A stretch of DNA of 37,007 nucleotides from an uncultured Bacilli bacterium. Its GTDB lineage: Bacteria; Bacillota_I; Bacilli_A; RF39; UBA660. The notes below the pieces were generated by a model. It ran no database searches. It was not told the DNA's origin and worked only from the letters and a program-made list of their open reading frames with translations. Shown in pieces: positions 1 through 9,101 of the stretch. The stretch's first letter is position 1. Every line of letters begins with the position of its first letter. The position numbers and the translations under genes were made by a program. The stretch spans positions 1-37,007 of the forward strand of contig CANROP010000002.1 of assembly GCA_947632265.1 (NCBI GenBank), given 5' to 3'.

Positions 1-91
1 CGCTATCTATTTTGATAATTTTATTATAGCAAATATGGTATGTTTTTTCAATTTCCCGACAACTTTTGACACTATCTGGATAGATTTTATC

Positions 92-121
92 TTGACAATC
101 TTTAAGGTTGTGTGTTATTCT
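92..121 (+). promoter_or_regulatory. candidate sigma-A-type promoter for the 142-1254 gene
   Basis: TTGACA at 92-97, 18-nt spacer, TGnTATTCT at 113-121. GGAG at 131-134 precedes ATG 142. Confidence 0.3.
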
Positions 122-141
122 TAAAATAGAGGAGTGATTGT

Positions 142-1254
142 ATGGTATGTAAAAATTGTGGATTTTTAGTTGAGCAAGGTAGTAATGTGTGCCCTAATTG
201 TGGTGCTAAAATAGATAATAATTATTATCCGCAAGTTAATCAAATTCCTAATGTGGAAGACAATGCTCAAATTACTAATGGTTATATGGATAATAATTTA
301 AGTCAAACAAGTTTAGAAGTAAATAACCAAGTTAATAATAGTAATATGGGTAGTAATTCTTCTAAGAAAAAAGGAAGTAAAAAGGTTATCATTGCAGTAC
401 TTTCAGTTTTGATTATTGTTATAGCGGTAATTTTCTCCTTTATATTTATAAGCAAGACAAATGATAAACTTAATACAATTTTGACAGTTAATAATTCTAG
501 TTTGAAATATGATAATTCAAAATGGAAATTAGAAAAAAGTGATTCTATAGGTAGCCAAACTTTGACTTATAAAAATTATACTATAGATTTTAAATACAAC
601 ACTAGAAGAATTATATATCAAACTTTAGAAGAATTTTTGGAAGAAACTAAAAAGGAATATATAAAAAACGGTTATAGTATTGTATCAGATATTACTGATA
701 TAACCATCAATGATACTGTATGGAAAAAACTTGAATATAAAGATAGCACTAATACATATTTACAACTATTTTATTCTAACTATTATACACTTTATACTTT
801 CACGTATACATCACCATCATCATCTTATAAAAAAGGATTAGAAAAAGTAGAAAAAATATATAATACTTTAGAGTATAATGATGAAAAGGATAAGATAAGT
901 GAGCAAAATGGAAAAGAGCAATTAATCGGTGAATGGGGTTGGGGTCGTCAAGGATATTTCGTTATAGACAATACTAACTTGTATTTATATAGTGATAGTA
1001 GTAAGGATGAAAATAATGTAATTTATGGAACTTATAAAGCTTTCGATAAAATTCCTGTAAATGGTGCTGGATATATTGATGGACTGTTCTTAGTATTTAC
1101 AATTGACAAATGCTATGATGGTGGTAAAGAAGTCGATAACTATATTTATAAATATGTTTTTGAGATTACAGCAAACGAAGATGGAAGCTATAATATAGAG
1201 AACACTACTACTGGTGCTACAGGAAAAGCTAAAAAAACAGAGAAAAAAGTATAA
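142..1254 (+). CDS. zinc-ribbon domain membrane protein, function unknown
   Basis: 370-aa ORF. N-terminal CxxC-x10-CxxC (CKNCGFLVEQGSNVCPNCG), Asn/Gln-rich linker, one TM (VIIAVLSVLIIVIAVIFSFIFI), then a ~260-aa external domain. SD GGAG lies upstream. Confidence 0.8.
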   Translation: MVCKNCGFLVEQGSNVCPNCGAKIDNNYYPQVNQIPNVEDNAQITNGYMDNNLSQTSLEVNNQVNNSNMGSNSSKKKGSKKVIIAVLSVLIIVIAVIFSFIFISKTNDKLNTILTVNNSSLKYDNSKWKLEKSDSIGSQTLTYKNYTIDFKYNTRRIIYQTLEEFLEETKKEYIKNGYSIVSDITDITINDTVWKKLEYKDSTNTYLQLFYSNYYTLYTFTYTSPSSSYKKGLEKVEKIYNTLEYNDEKDKISEQNGKEQLIGEWGWGRQGYFVIDNTNLYLYSDSSKDENNVIYGTYKAFDKIPVNGAGYIDGLFLVFTIDKCYDGGKEVDNYIYKYVFEITANEDGSYNIENTTTGATGKAKKTEKKV

Positions 1255-1258
1255 CAAA

Positions 1259-1285
1259 GATAGAATTTATCTATCCTTTTTTTTC
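1259..1285 (+). terminator. weak rho-independent terminator
   Basis: Stem GATAGA (1259-1264) / TCTATC (1270-1275), 5-nt loop, T8 run at 1277-1284, 5 nt after the stop at 1254. Confidence 0.45.
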
Positions 1286-1291
1286 TTACTG

Positions 1292-1300
1292 TGGTATAAT
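1292..1300 (+). promoter_or_regulatory. extended -10 promoter element (TGgTATAAT)
   Basis: TGGTATAAT at 1292-1300, followed by GAGGAGG at 1313-1319 and GTG at 1329. Confidence 0.4.
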
Positions 1301-1328
1301 CTAATTATGATAGAGGAGGTTATCCGTC

Positions 1329-2903
1329 GTGATTTTAAGAAAACCTTATGCATTTTTTATAAAAATATTTAAGCCATTGCACTTATTAATGGCGACTTTA
1401 GTGGCATACCTAATATATTTAGATAATAAACTTTTAGGATTTTTTAACATGTATATTAATTCTGCAACTGTAGATTCTATTGGTAAAAGTTTAAAGTCTA
1501 CTTTAGGAAGCCCATTTCTTTATATAATCCCTATTTTAGTTATTATATTTTCATTAATTGTAATGGGAATTATGTTTAGAAAGAATAAACCTTTTAAATT
1601 TTATATAATTAATATTTTTGCATTTGTATTAATTATTATGATAAATTTATATGCGATAAACTTTTTAGGAATAGTTGAAGAACAAATTGTTAGTGTAAGA
1701 AGTGCGAAACTAATACATGATATAGTTTTAATAAATATGGCAATTGAAGGTATTACATTTATTTTCTTACTAATAAGAGGCTTAGGAGTAAACATTAAAA
1801 CTTTTGATTTTAATTCTGATTTATCTGCTATGAACATAAGTGAAAGTGATAAAGAAGAATTTGAATTAGATGTTAATGTTGATTTATCTGAAGCAAAAAG
1901 AAAAAGAAAAAGAGCATTTAGACATTTAAAGTATGCCTATTATGAACATAAATTTGTAATTAATTGTATTGCCATTATAGTTATTTGCTTGATTGCTGTT
2001 GGAATATATAGTGGAGTTAGTATATATACAAAAAAGAATGTTGAAGGAACGTTATATTCTGCCGAAGAATTTAAATTTGGAGTTGATAGAACTTTAATAC
2101 TCGATAAAGATTATCAAGGAAATTTAATTTCATCAAATTATAAAATTGTCGTTGTTGATGTTAAATTACAATCTAATTTAAGTAATAAAAAATTATTTGC
2201 TAATGATTTTAAATTACAAGTAGGTGATACTATTTATACAGCAACCAAATCTGCTTCAGGAGCATTTATAGATATTGGAAATGATTATGATGGACAGGTT
2301 TTAACTCCAGAATATGAAAATTACATATTTACATATTTTATACCAAAAGAAGATGTAGAAAAAAGTATGAATTTTCAATATTATATAAATTATGGTAAAA
2401 AGATAACTATAAAATTAAATCCTAAAGAAGTAGAAGATACGATAGTAAATGTTACAAAAAATGTAGGTGAAGAAATTTCTTTCAAAGATACATTTGGTGA
2501 TGTTGGATTTACTATAAATAATTTTAGTATAGCTGATACATTTACAATAAATTATGATTATTGTATTAAGGAAAATGATTGTATTAAATCAAAAGAGTAT
2601 TTGAAAGCAAGTCTTGATGAAAATTTTGATAAAACTCTTATAAAATTAAATGTTAATTATAAAGATGAGAGTAGAATTGGTATTTCTTCATTTTATGATT
2701 TCTTTAATAAATTTGGATTTATATCTTACAGCATTAATGGTACTTGGAATAAACAATTATACAGTTTTGAAAATATAAAGAGTACAAAGGTTAATGAAAC
2801 TAATACATATTATATTGGCGTTAATTCTAATATAAAGAATGCTGAACATATAAAACTAGAGTTTGAAATTAGAAATACACATTATGAATATGTGTTAAAG
2901 TAA
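1329..2903 (+). CDS. polytopic membrane protein with large extracytoplasmic C-terminal beta-rich domain, function unknown
   Basis: 524-aa ORF. GTG start 9 nt after GAGGAGG. About 4 N-terminal TM helices, a KRKRKR basic patch, another TM (INCIAIIVICLIAVGIY), then a ~290-aa hydrophilic domain. Confidence 0.75.
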   Translation: MILRKPYAFFIKIFKPLHLLMATLVAYLIYLDNKLLGFFNMYINSATVDSIGKSLKSTLGSPFLYIIPILVIIFSLIVMGIMFRKNKPFKFYIINIFAFVLIIMINLYAINFLGIVEEQIVSVRSAKLIHDIVLINMAIEGITFIFLLIRGLGVNIKTFDFNSDLSAMNISESDKEEFELDVNVDLSEAKRKRKRAFRHLKYAYYEHKFVINCIAIIVICLIAVGIYSGVSIYTKKNVEGTLYSAEEFKFGVDRTLILDKDYQGNLISSNYKIVVVDVKLQSNLSNKKLFANDFKLQVGDTIYTATKSASGAFIDIGNDYDGQVLTPEYENYIFTYFIPKEDVEKSMNFQYYINYGKKITIKLNPKEVEDTIVNVTKNVGEEISFKDTFGDVGFTINNFSIADTFTINYDYCIKENDCIKSKEYLKASLDENFDKTLIKLNVNYKDESRIGISSFYDFFNKFGFISYSINGTWNKQLYSFENIKSTKVNETNTYYIGVNSNIKNAEHIKLEFEIRNTHYEYVLK

Positions 2904-2913
2904 AAGGAGATTT

Positions 2914-3576
2914 ATGAAAAGTAAAATATTATGTTTAACAATTTTATTAATGGCGTTATTTAAAATTGATTTAGTTTATGCAGCTTGTGATAATTCTATT
3001 ATAAGTAGAGGAAAATCAATTGTATCTAATGTAAATATAAAATATGATTACCATATAACAAATGGACAAGCATACTTTGATATAACACTAACAAATTTAA
3101 CTAATGATATATATTTTATAGATAATCAAACTGATAAAGTATATAGATATTCAAATACAAATAATGGTGAAATAACTATACGTAATGTAACAACATCAGG
3201 AGGATATAAATTTTACTCATCTAATTCTGGATGTTCTAGTCAATTACTTGCGACTAAATATTACACATTGCCAATATATAATACTTATTATACAAATAGT
3301 GAGTGTAAGAATTATCCAGGATTTGAAGGATGTAAAAAATGGACTGATAAATTATATACTTATAAGGATTTCCAATTAGGAATTTTAAAATATCAGATTC
3401 AATCTGAAACAGAAAAAGATACTGTGGTTGAAGATAATAATGACTATGAAGAAGAATTTTTAACAAGTCTTTTGGATTTTTATGTTAAATATTACTATAT
3501 TATATTGATTGTAGTTATCGCAGTGTGCATAACACTAATATATTTGAAAAATAAAAAAGAAAAATTTGATGTATAA
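2914..3576 (+). CDS. secreted, C-terminally membrane-anchored protein, function unknown
   Basis: 220-aa ORF. AAGGAG at 2904-2909. Signal peptide ending VYA|AC. C-terminal TM (YIILIVVIAVCITLIYL) followed by KNKKEK. 5 Cys in the mature ectodomain (a sixth lies in the C-terminal TM). Confidence 0.75.
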   Translation: MKSKILCLTILLMALFKIDLVYAACDNSIISRGKSIVSNVNIKYDYHITNGQAYFDITLTNLTNDIYFIDNQTDKVYRYSNTNNGEITIRNVTTSGGYKFYSSNSGCSSQLLATKYYTLPIYNTYYTNSECKNYPGFEGCKKWTDKLYTYKDFQLGILKYQIQSETEKDTVVEDNNDYEEEFLTSLLDFYVKYYYIILIVVIAVCITLIYLKNKKEKFDV

Positions 3577-3622
3577 AATTTTTAGTTCTAAATAATAGTT
3601 AAAATGTTACCAATTTTATATG

Positions 3623-3686
3623 AGTTTATTTATAATTCCTTATTGATAATATTTACCAGGCAATAATGAATGCTTATAAATAAACT
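3623..3686. repeat. 13-bp perfect inverted repeat (AGTTTATTTATAA / TTATAAATAAACT) with a 38-nt spacer
   Basis: Read directly: 3623-3635 is the reverse complement of 3674-3686. Lies in the intergenic region between the 2914-3576 gene and the Tad-module promoter. No T-run follows it. Confidence 0.5.
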
Positions 3687-3736
3687 ATTAACTAATGATA
3701 TGGTGACATTTAAAGGATTAACAGTAAAAATTTTAG

Positions 3737-3765
3737 TTGATAAATGAAAAAATATATGATAAAAT
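3737..3765 (+). promoter_or_regulatory. candidate promoter of the Tad-like operon
   Basis: TTGATA at 3737-3742, 17-nt spacer, extended -10 TGaTAAAAT at 3757-3765. AGGTGA SD at 3788-3793 and TTG start at 3798 lie downstream. Confidence 0.55.
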
Positions 3766-3797
3766 TAAATAAGTAGAGTAGAAAAGTAGGTGATAAT

Positions 3798-6224
3798 TTG
3801 AAAGAATCTATGTGGGGGTACTTAATAATTGTACTTGGAATATTAGCAATTGGAATAATATGGTTCTTTGCAAATACTACAAATTCAGATCAACATAACT
3901 ATAATTTACTTAAAGAAACGGTAGAAGCTTCAATGCTTGATTCGATAGATTTATCTACCTATAGAAGTACTGGAGAAGTAAGAATAGAAGAACAAAAATT
4001 TGTAGAGAATTTTGTACGAAGATTCGCACAAAATGCAGATTTATCAAATAGTTATTTAATAGAAATATATGATATTAACGAAACTCCTCCTAAGGTTAGC
4101 TTAAAGGTATCAAGTGTAAATACTACAACAGCTACTGGTGAAGTTATTGATTTTGATGTAGTAAATAGAATAGATTCTATAATAGAAACATTATATGGTC
4201 CATCTCCAAGTGTTACTCCTGGAGTTCAAGATGGAACTGTTAATGTAAGAATAGTTGATGAAAGTAATAAACCAATAACTTCAAGTAATGCAATAGTTGA
4301 AGTGTACCCTAGTAGCGACTGTACTGGAGTTGGTAATCGCATGAATGTAAGCGGAAGTAGTAGTGTAACTTTGAAGGAAGGAACATGGTCATTTAAGGAA
4401 ACTAAGTCGCCAAGTGGGTATGTAAGAGATGCATCAGATGCTGTTTGTAAAGCTGTAACTGTTGAACCTGGAACTTCTAAAGAGGTTACATTTAAAAATA
4501 AAAGGCCAGCTCCTGTAGCTAAAGATGGGACTTTAACTATTAAAATAGTTGATGAATCAAATAGATTAATAACTATTCCAACAACGGTTGCATTATATAG
4601 AAATGAAAATTGTTCTGGAATAGCAACTGTAATGACTATTAATGGTTCAACAAATCAAACATTAAGCCCTGGTAAATATTCCGTAAAAGAAACAATTGAA
4701 CCAGATGGTTATGTATTAAATGATGCAAGTTGTAAGCAAGTTAATGTAAAATCTGACACTGTTTCAACAGCGACGATTAAAAATAAAGTACCAAAAGGTA
4801 AAATAAATGTTACAATAAAAGATGATAAAGGCAATACAGTAACAGGCAGAACTACTGTTAAAGTTTATGAAGGAAGCAGTTGTACAGGTAGAGCTATAGA
4901 TACTCTAACAGTTAGAGGAAGTGTTACTAAAGAATATGTAGCAGGATATAAGAAAAAGGTGACTTATTCATTTATTGAGACTGAACCACCAAGCGGATAT
5001 GAGAAGTTAGATGCAGGTTGTAAGACTGTTGAATTGTGGATGGATAAAATTGAATATGTAGAATTTACTAATAGGGAAAGAGGAACTCTTAAAGTTAATA
5101 TCGAAGATAATCGTGGTAATTCTATAAGCGAACAAGCAACAGTAGATGTCTATAAAGGAAACAGTTGCACAGGTAGTTTAGTTCAAACTTTATATCCAAG
5201 AGGATCCGATAGCATAGAACTAGATGCTGGTGCTTACTCAGCTGTTGAAAGAACCGCACCAAATGGTTATATTAAAGATGATGCGGGTTGTAAAAACTTC
5301 AATATAAGTGGTGGTAATATTACACCAGTTACATTCACAAATAAACGAAAAAAAGGAGATATTGAAGTTTACATTGTAGATGAATATGGAAGACAAATAA
5401 CTAGTGATTGGGCTAGAATTAGAGTTTACAGTGGAAAAGGTTGTAGCGGAAGTTATATAGAAAGCAAAGATATAACTGGTTATGGTACTTTCAGAGAACT
5501 TGATGAGGGAGATTATTCCGTAGAAGAAACAATGGAACCATTGGAATATGATTTGACAAGTAGTAGTTGCCAAAATGTTTATGTACCTGGTGGTGGAAGT
5601 GATGATGCAACATTTAGACATGAAGAAGAACCTTATATACCTCCTGAACCAGATCCATATGAGCCACCAGATCCATATGAACCGCCAGATCCAGTTACAC
5701 CACCTAGTCCTCCAAGTCCAGTTACACCAACTTGTTCAGCTCCAGCTGATAGAGCGGTACAAATGTCGTCAATATATCCTGGGCAAGGGAATGAAACTAG
5801 TCATGAATGGGATACAACCATAAGCCCTCCATATTTTGATAGTAGTGATCCATGCAAATCTTATTATGAACAAAACTATAAAGCTGTATTAACACGTATT
5901 GTTATAGATAGTTATGGTGGAACTGCTGAGACTATGAAAAATAAGGATGAGCATCAATGCGAGTGGTATGATAAGGGTTATTGGGTTGATGGCAGACACG
6001 AAGAGGGAGACTGTGAAAATGCTGGCAAAGGTGATGACTATTATGATAATGCTGCCTCTCGACAAGCAATAAATGTAAATGTTTCTATAACGTGGACTCC
6101 AACTGGATCTCTTCATTTTAGAGCAAGTTGGTCAAATGGTTCATTAAGTTCTGGACACTCAATGGCTACTTCAGTTTATGTTACTACAAATTTCACTGCA
6201 TATTGGACATATGAGAGAAGATAA
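3798..6224 (+). CDS. giant TadG-like minor pilin / surface adhesin with five SpaA(Cna-B/prealbumin)-like repeats
   Basis: 808-aa ORF, TTG start. N-terminus MKESMWG + hydrophobic helix matches the leaders of the 3 downstream pilin-like ORFs. Five ~91-98-aa repeats carry the G.Y...E...P.GY signature and one Cys pair each. Pro-rich linker, then a Cys/Trp-rich ~165-aa C-terminal domain. No LPXTG. Confidence 0.7.
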   Translation: MKESMWGYLIIVLGILAIGIIWFFANTTNSDQHNYNLLKETVEASMLDSIDLSTYRSTGEVRIEEQKFVENFVRRFAQNADLSNSYLIEIYDINETPPKVSLKVSSVNTTTATGEVIDFDVVNRIDSIIETLYGPSPSVTPGVQDGTVNVRIVDESNKPITSSNAIVEVYPSSDCTGVGNRMNVSGSSSVTLKEGTWSFKETKSPSGYVRDASDAVCKAVTVEPGTSKEVTFKNKRPAPVAKDGTLTIKIVDESNRLITIPTTVALYRNENCSGIATVMTINGSTNQTLSPGKYSVKETIEPDGYVLNDASCKQVNVKSDTVSTATIKNKVPKGKINVTIKDDKGNTVTGRTTVKVYEGSSCTGRAIDTLTVRGSVTKEYVAGYKKKVTYSFIETEPPSGYEKLDAGCKTVELWMDKIEYVEFTNRERGTLKVNIEDNRGNSISEQATVDVYKGNSCTGSLVQTLYPRGSDSIELDAGAYSAVERTAPNGYIKDDAGCKNFNISGGNITPVTFTNKRKKGDIEVYIVDEYGRQITSDWARIRVYSGKGCSGSYIESKDITGYGTFRELDEGDYSVEETMEPLEYDLTSSSCQNVYVPGGGSDDATFRHEEEPYIPPEPDPYEPPDPYEPPDPVTPPSPPSPVTPTCSAPADRAVQMSSIYPGQGNETSHEWDTTISPPYFDSSDPCKSYYEQNYKAVLTRIVIDSYGGTAETMKNKDEHQCEWYDKGYWVDGRHEEGDCENAGKGDDYYDNAASRQAINVNVSITWTPTGSLHFRASWSNGSLSSGHSMATSVYVTTNFTAYWTYERR
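4230..5630 (+). repeat. five tandem domain-encoding repeats inside the adhesin gene (aa 145-611)
   Basis: Repeat starts: DGTVNVRIVDES, DGTLTIKIVDES, GKINVTIKDDKG, GTLKVNIEDNRG, GDIEVYIVDEYG. Each contains C[TS]G ...~40 aa... C[KQ]. Confidence 0.8.
5649..5693 (+). repeat. 2.5 copies of an 18-nt tandem repeat (CCAGATCCATATGARCCR) encoding PDPYEP
   Basis: Units at 5649-5666 and 5667-5684, partial unit at 5685-5693. Followed by a duplicated CCAGTTACACCA motif in the Pro-rich linker. Confidence 0.8.
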
Positions 6225-6253
6225 AAAAATAAAAATAAGAAGGAGAAGAAAAA

Positions 6254-7066
6254 ATGAATAATTTTGCAATTGGTTTAAAAAGATTTTTTAAAAACAAAAA
6301 TGTAATTACTGTATTGTTAGTAATAGCAATATTAGTAGTACTATATATAGGTTATAGTACAAGTATTAAAAGTAAAACTGATCCGGTAAATATTCCGGTA
6401 GCATCTAAGACAATAGGCCCAGAAAAACAAATAACTGGAGAAGATGTACAAGTTGTTACTGTCGCAAGAAGCATGGTAACTGCTGATGTAATTCAAAATG
6501 CTAATATGATTATAGGTAAATATACAAATATAAATGTAACTATACCAAAAGGTAGTATGTTCTTTAACTCTTGGTTAACGGAAGCTGATAAAATTCCTGG
6601 AAATTGGATTGAAGAATTAGATCATGATGCTGGAGAAAATGCATTCTATTTACCTGTAAACATTAATACAACTTTTGGTAATTCTATAAAGCCTAATACT
6701 TATATTGATATATATGTTAAAGCTGAAGATGAAAATGGTACAATGATATTTGGTAAACTTTTGAAAAATATTAAAGTACTAGTTGTACACGATTCATCAG
6801 GTAGAAATGTATTTGACGATGAAGAAGGTAGGGTACCAGCTAATTTAGGATTTGCTTTAAGTCAAGATTTATATGTACTATTAAGTAAAGCACAATCTTT
6901 AAACTTAGATTTAATAGTTGCACCAAAAGGATATACAGTACCAACTGAGAATTATGTAATAGTAACAAGTTCAACATTAAGAGATTTTATAGATGCTCAA
7001 ACTATAACTGCTGAAGAAGATGCAACAACACAAAATACAACAAACCCTGCAAACCCAACAGAGTAA
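6254..7066 (+). CDS. cpaB: Flp pilus assembly protein CpaB/RcpC-like (SAF domain)
   Basis: 270 aa. AGGAG upstream. N-terminal TM (VITVLLVIAILVVLYIGY), then a SAF-like segment (IPVASKTIGPEKQITGEDVQVVTV...IIGKY...IPKGSMF). Sits immediately upstream of the CpaF-like ATPase. Confidence 0.6.
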   Translation: MNNFAIGLKRFFKNKNVITVLLVIAILVVLYIGYSTSIKSKTDPVNIPVASKTIGPEKQITGEDVQVVTVARSMVTADVIQNANMIIGKYTNINVTIPKGSMFFNSWLTEADKIPGNWIEELDHDAGENAFYLPVNINTTFGNSIKPNTYIDIYVKAEDENGTMIFGKLLKNIKVLVVHDSSGRNVFDDEEGRVPANLGFALSQDLYVLLSKAQSLNLDLIVAPKGYTVPTENYVIVTSSTLRDFIDAQTITAEEDATTQNTTNPANPTE

Positions 7067-7069
7067 AAC

Positions 7070-8185
7070 ATGAATGATAGTATATTTGAAGGAATGGACT
7101 TTGGTCCGTTAAAAGAATATTTAGATAATGATGATATTACAGATATTTCATATAGTAATAATGGACAATTATGGTTAAAAACGTTATCAAAAGGTATATT
7201 TAGGGTTGAAAATTCTGGAATAGATAATGCTTTTATGGAAAAATTAGCTTTCCAATGCTCAAACGTTGTAGGAAAAAGTTTTAATGCAGCTCATCCATTT
7301 TTGGATAGTGAAAGTGCAGAACTTAGAATGAACTTTGTACATGATTCTATCGCACGAAATGGGATAGCTTGTGTAATAAGAAAAACTCCTGCTAAGATAA
7401 GACTTGAAAGAGGAAAAATTTTAAGGGAAAGATATATAACAGAAGATATGCTAGACTTTTTGATAACGTGTGTCCATGGTCATTGTAATATTATAGTATG
7501 TGGAGAAACAGGTTCAGGAAAAACAGAATTTGTTAAGTATTTAGCATCTAATACGTATGAAGATGAAAAATTAATAACTATAGAGGATACACTTGAATTA
7601 CACTTGGATAGAATTTATCCTACTAGAGATATAGTAGCTATGAAAACAAATAACATAGCTAGTTATACAGATGTGCTTGTAACTTGTATGAGACAAAATC
7701 CTAAATGGATATTATTATCTGAGGTAAGAAGTGCAGAGGCTGTGCTTGCTGTAAGAAACTCTATATCATCAGGACATTATATTTTATCTACAATACATGC
7801 TGATAAGGCAGCATCTATACCAAACAGAATGTATAGTTTACTAGAAACTAATCAAGATATAGATCAATTTTTAAAATCTATACATAGATATATACAACTT
7901 GGTGTATATATAAGAGGATATCAAAGTAAAGAAACTAAAAACTTTGTAAGAGAGATTGCAGAGGTCACAGAATTTTATGTAACAGAGGATAATGAAGCAA
8001 AATATAATGTTATATATAAAAAGACACCAGACGGTGTAACATATAGGAATAATCCTAGCAAGTATTTATTTGAATATTTAGAGGCACAAGGTGTTACACT
8101 TCCAGCTGGATTTGTCAATGAAGAATATAATAATAATGAACAAAATGAAACAAATGCAAACAAGCAAGAAATAATATTTGAATAG
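7070..8185 (+). CDS. cpaF: CpaF/TadA-family secretion ATPase (VirB11/T2SS-E superfamily)
   Basis: 371 aa. Walker A GETGSGKTE, Asp box ITIEDTLEL, Walker B WILLSEVR, His box LSTIHA. Followed by two T2SS-F-type membrane genes. Confidence 0.88.
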   Translation: MNDSIFEGMDFGPLKEYLDNDDITDISYSNNGQLWLKTLSKGIFRVENSGIDNAFMEKLAFQCSNVVGKSFNAAHPFLDSESAELRMNFVHDSIARNGIACVIRKTPAKIRLERGKILRERYITEDMLDFLITCVHGHCNIIVCGETGSGKTEFVKYLASNTYEDEKLITIEDTLELHLDRIYPTRDIVAMKTNNIASYTDVLVTCMRQNPKWILLSEVRSAEAVLAVRNSISSGHYILSTIHADKAASIPNRMYSLLETNQDIDQFLKSIHRYIQLGVYIRGYQSKETKNFVREIAEVTEFYVTEDNEAKYNVIYKKTPDGVTYRNNPSKYLFEYLEAQGVTLPAGFVNEEYNNNEQNETNANKQEIIFE

Positions 8186-8195
8186 GAGGGATGTT

Positions 8196-9101
8196 ATGAG
8201 CATAGAAATACTAATCTTTATAGTAGCAGCAATATTGATAATGTTTTTGGTAGTTTATGTAAGTGAAAGTGGTAGAAAAACATATCAATATATTAGTGAA
8301 CAAGGAGAAAAATTATATAGTAAAGTAGCTCCATATACTTATAAAGAGATGAAGAAGAAAATAAAACAATTAGGTCAAGATTATACTTTGCAACAGTATA
8401 TTGGACAAGTGTTGTTATTTTCAATCGGAGCAGGTGTCGTAACATATTTGTATTTTTATAATTTAGTAACATCAATAGTGTATGCAGTATTAGCTGTTAC
8501 GGTAGTACCATACATAAATTATTTAAGATGTAAAAGAATATATAGTGAGTTTATATTTGAACAAATCCAAATATATACTACTAACGTAATAATGGAGTTT
8601 CAAACTACTCAAAGCTTTGTAAAATCACTTGAAGGAGTTTATGAATCTGGAGTATTGGAAGATCCTGTAAAAAGTGACGTAAAAAAAATGATAGATATGG
8701 CATACGAAAATGGAACAATTAATGAATCTTTAAAATATATGGAAGCAAAATATGATTATTATATGGTAAGAAATATGCATCAACTATTTTTACAAATAAC
8801 TAATGAAGGTGCGAAAGATGCAGGAGAATCACTTGAAAATATGTCACTTGATATAGACGTTCTTGTCGAAGGTGTGTATCGTGATAGAATTGATAGAGCA
8901 GCTTTCTATAAAAAGTTTGTACAATTTGGCTTGATACTTTATTTGATGATTGGTCTAGCTCAAATAATGTTGGGAGATACATATCAAAGCATGTTAAACT
9001 TATGGTATGCAAGATTATTATTACATATAATAGTTATAATTAATTCATATTTCCTATTAGCTGGAACAAAATATTATAATGAGAATGTGGGGGCTGAGTA
9101 G
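8196..9101 (+). CDS. tadB: TadB-like pilus assembly membrane protein (T2SS-F domain)
   Basis: Start moved to ATG 8196, 5-6 nt after AGGAGGG at 8184-8190; the ORF-track TTG 8178 lies inside cpaF. N-terminal TM, central TM pair, helical T2SSF-like cytoplasmic domain, C-terminal TMs. Confidence 0.68.
   Translation: MSIEILIFIVAAILIMFLVVYVSESGRKTYQYISEQGEKLYSKVAPYTYKEMKKKIKQLGQDYTLQQYIGQVLLFSIGAGVVTYLYFYNLVTSIVYAVLAVTVVPYINYLRCKRIYSEFIFEQIQIYTTNVIMEFQTTQSFVKSLEGVYESGVLEDPVKSDVKKMIDMAYENGTINESLKYMEAKYDYYMVRNMHQLFLQITNEGAKDAGESLENMSLDIDVLVEGVYRDRIDRAAFYKKFVQFGLILYLMIGLAQIMLGDTYQSMLNLWYARLLLHIIVIINSYFLLAGTKYYNENVGAE

Noticed and set aside
3798-6224. Sortase-dependent pilus or MSCRAMM.
   Set aside because: There is no C-terminal LPXTG/hydrophobic/basic sorting signal (the protein ends ..WTYERR), no sortase gene in the window, and the N-terminus matches the Tad-type leaders instead.
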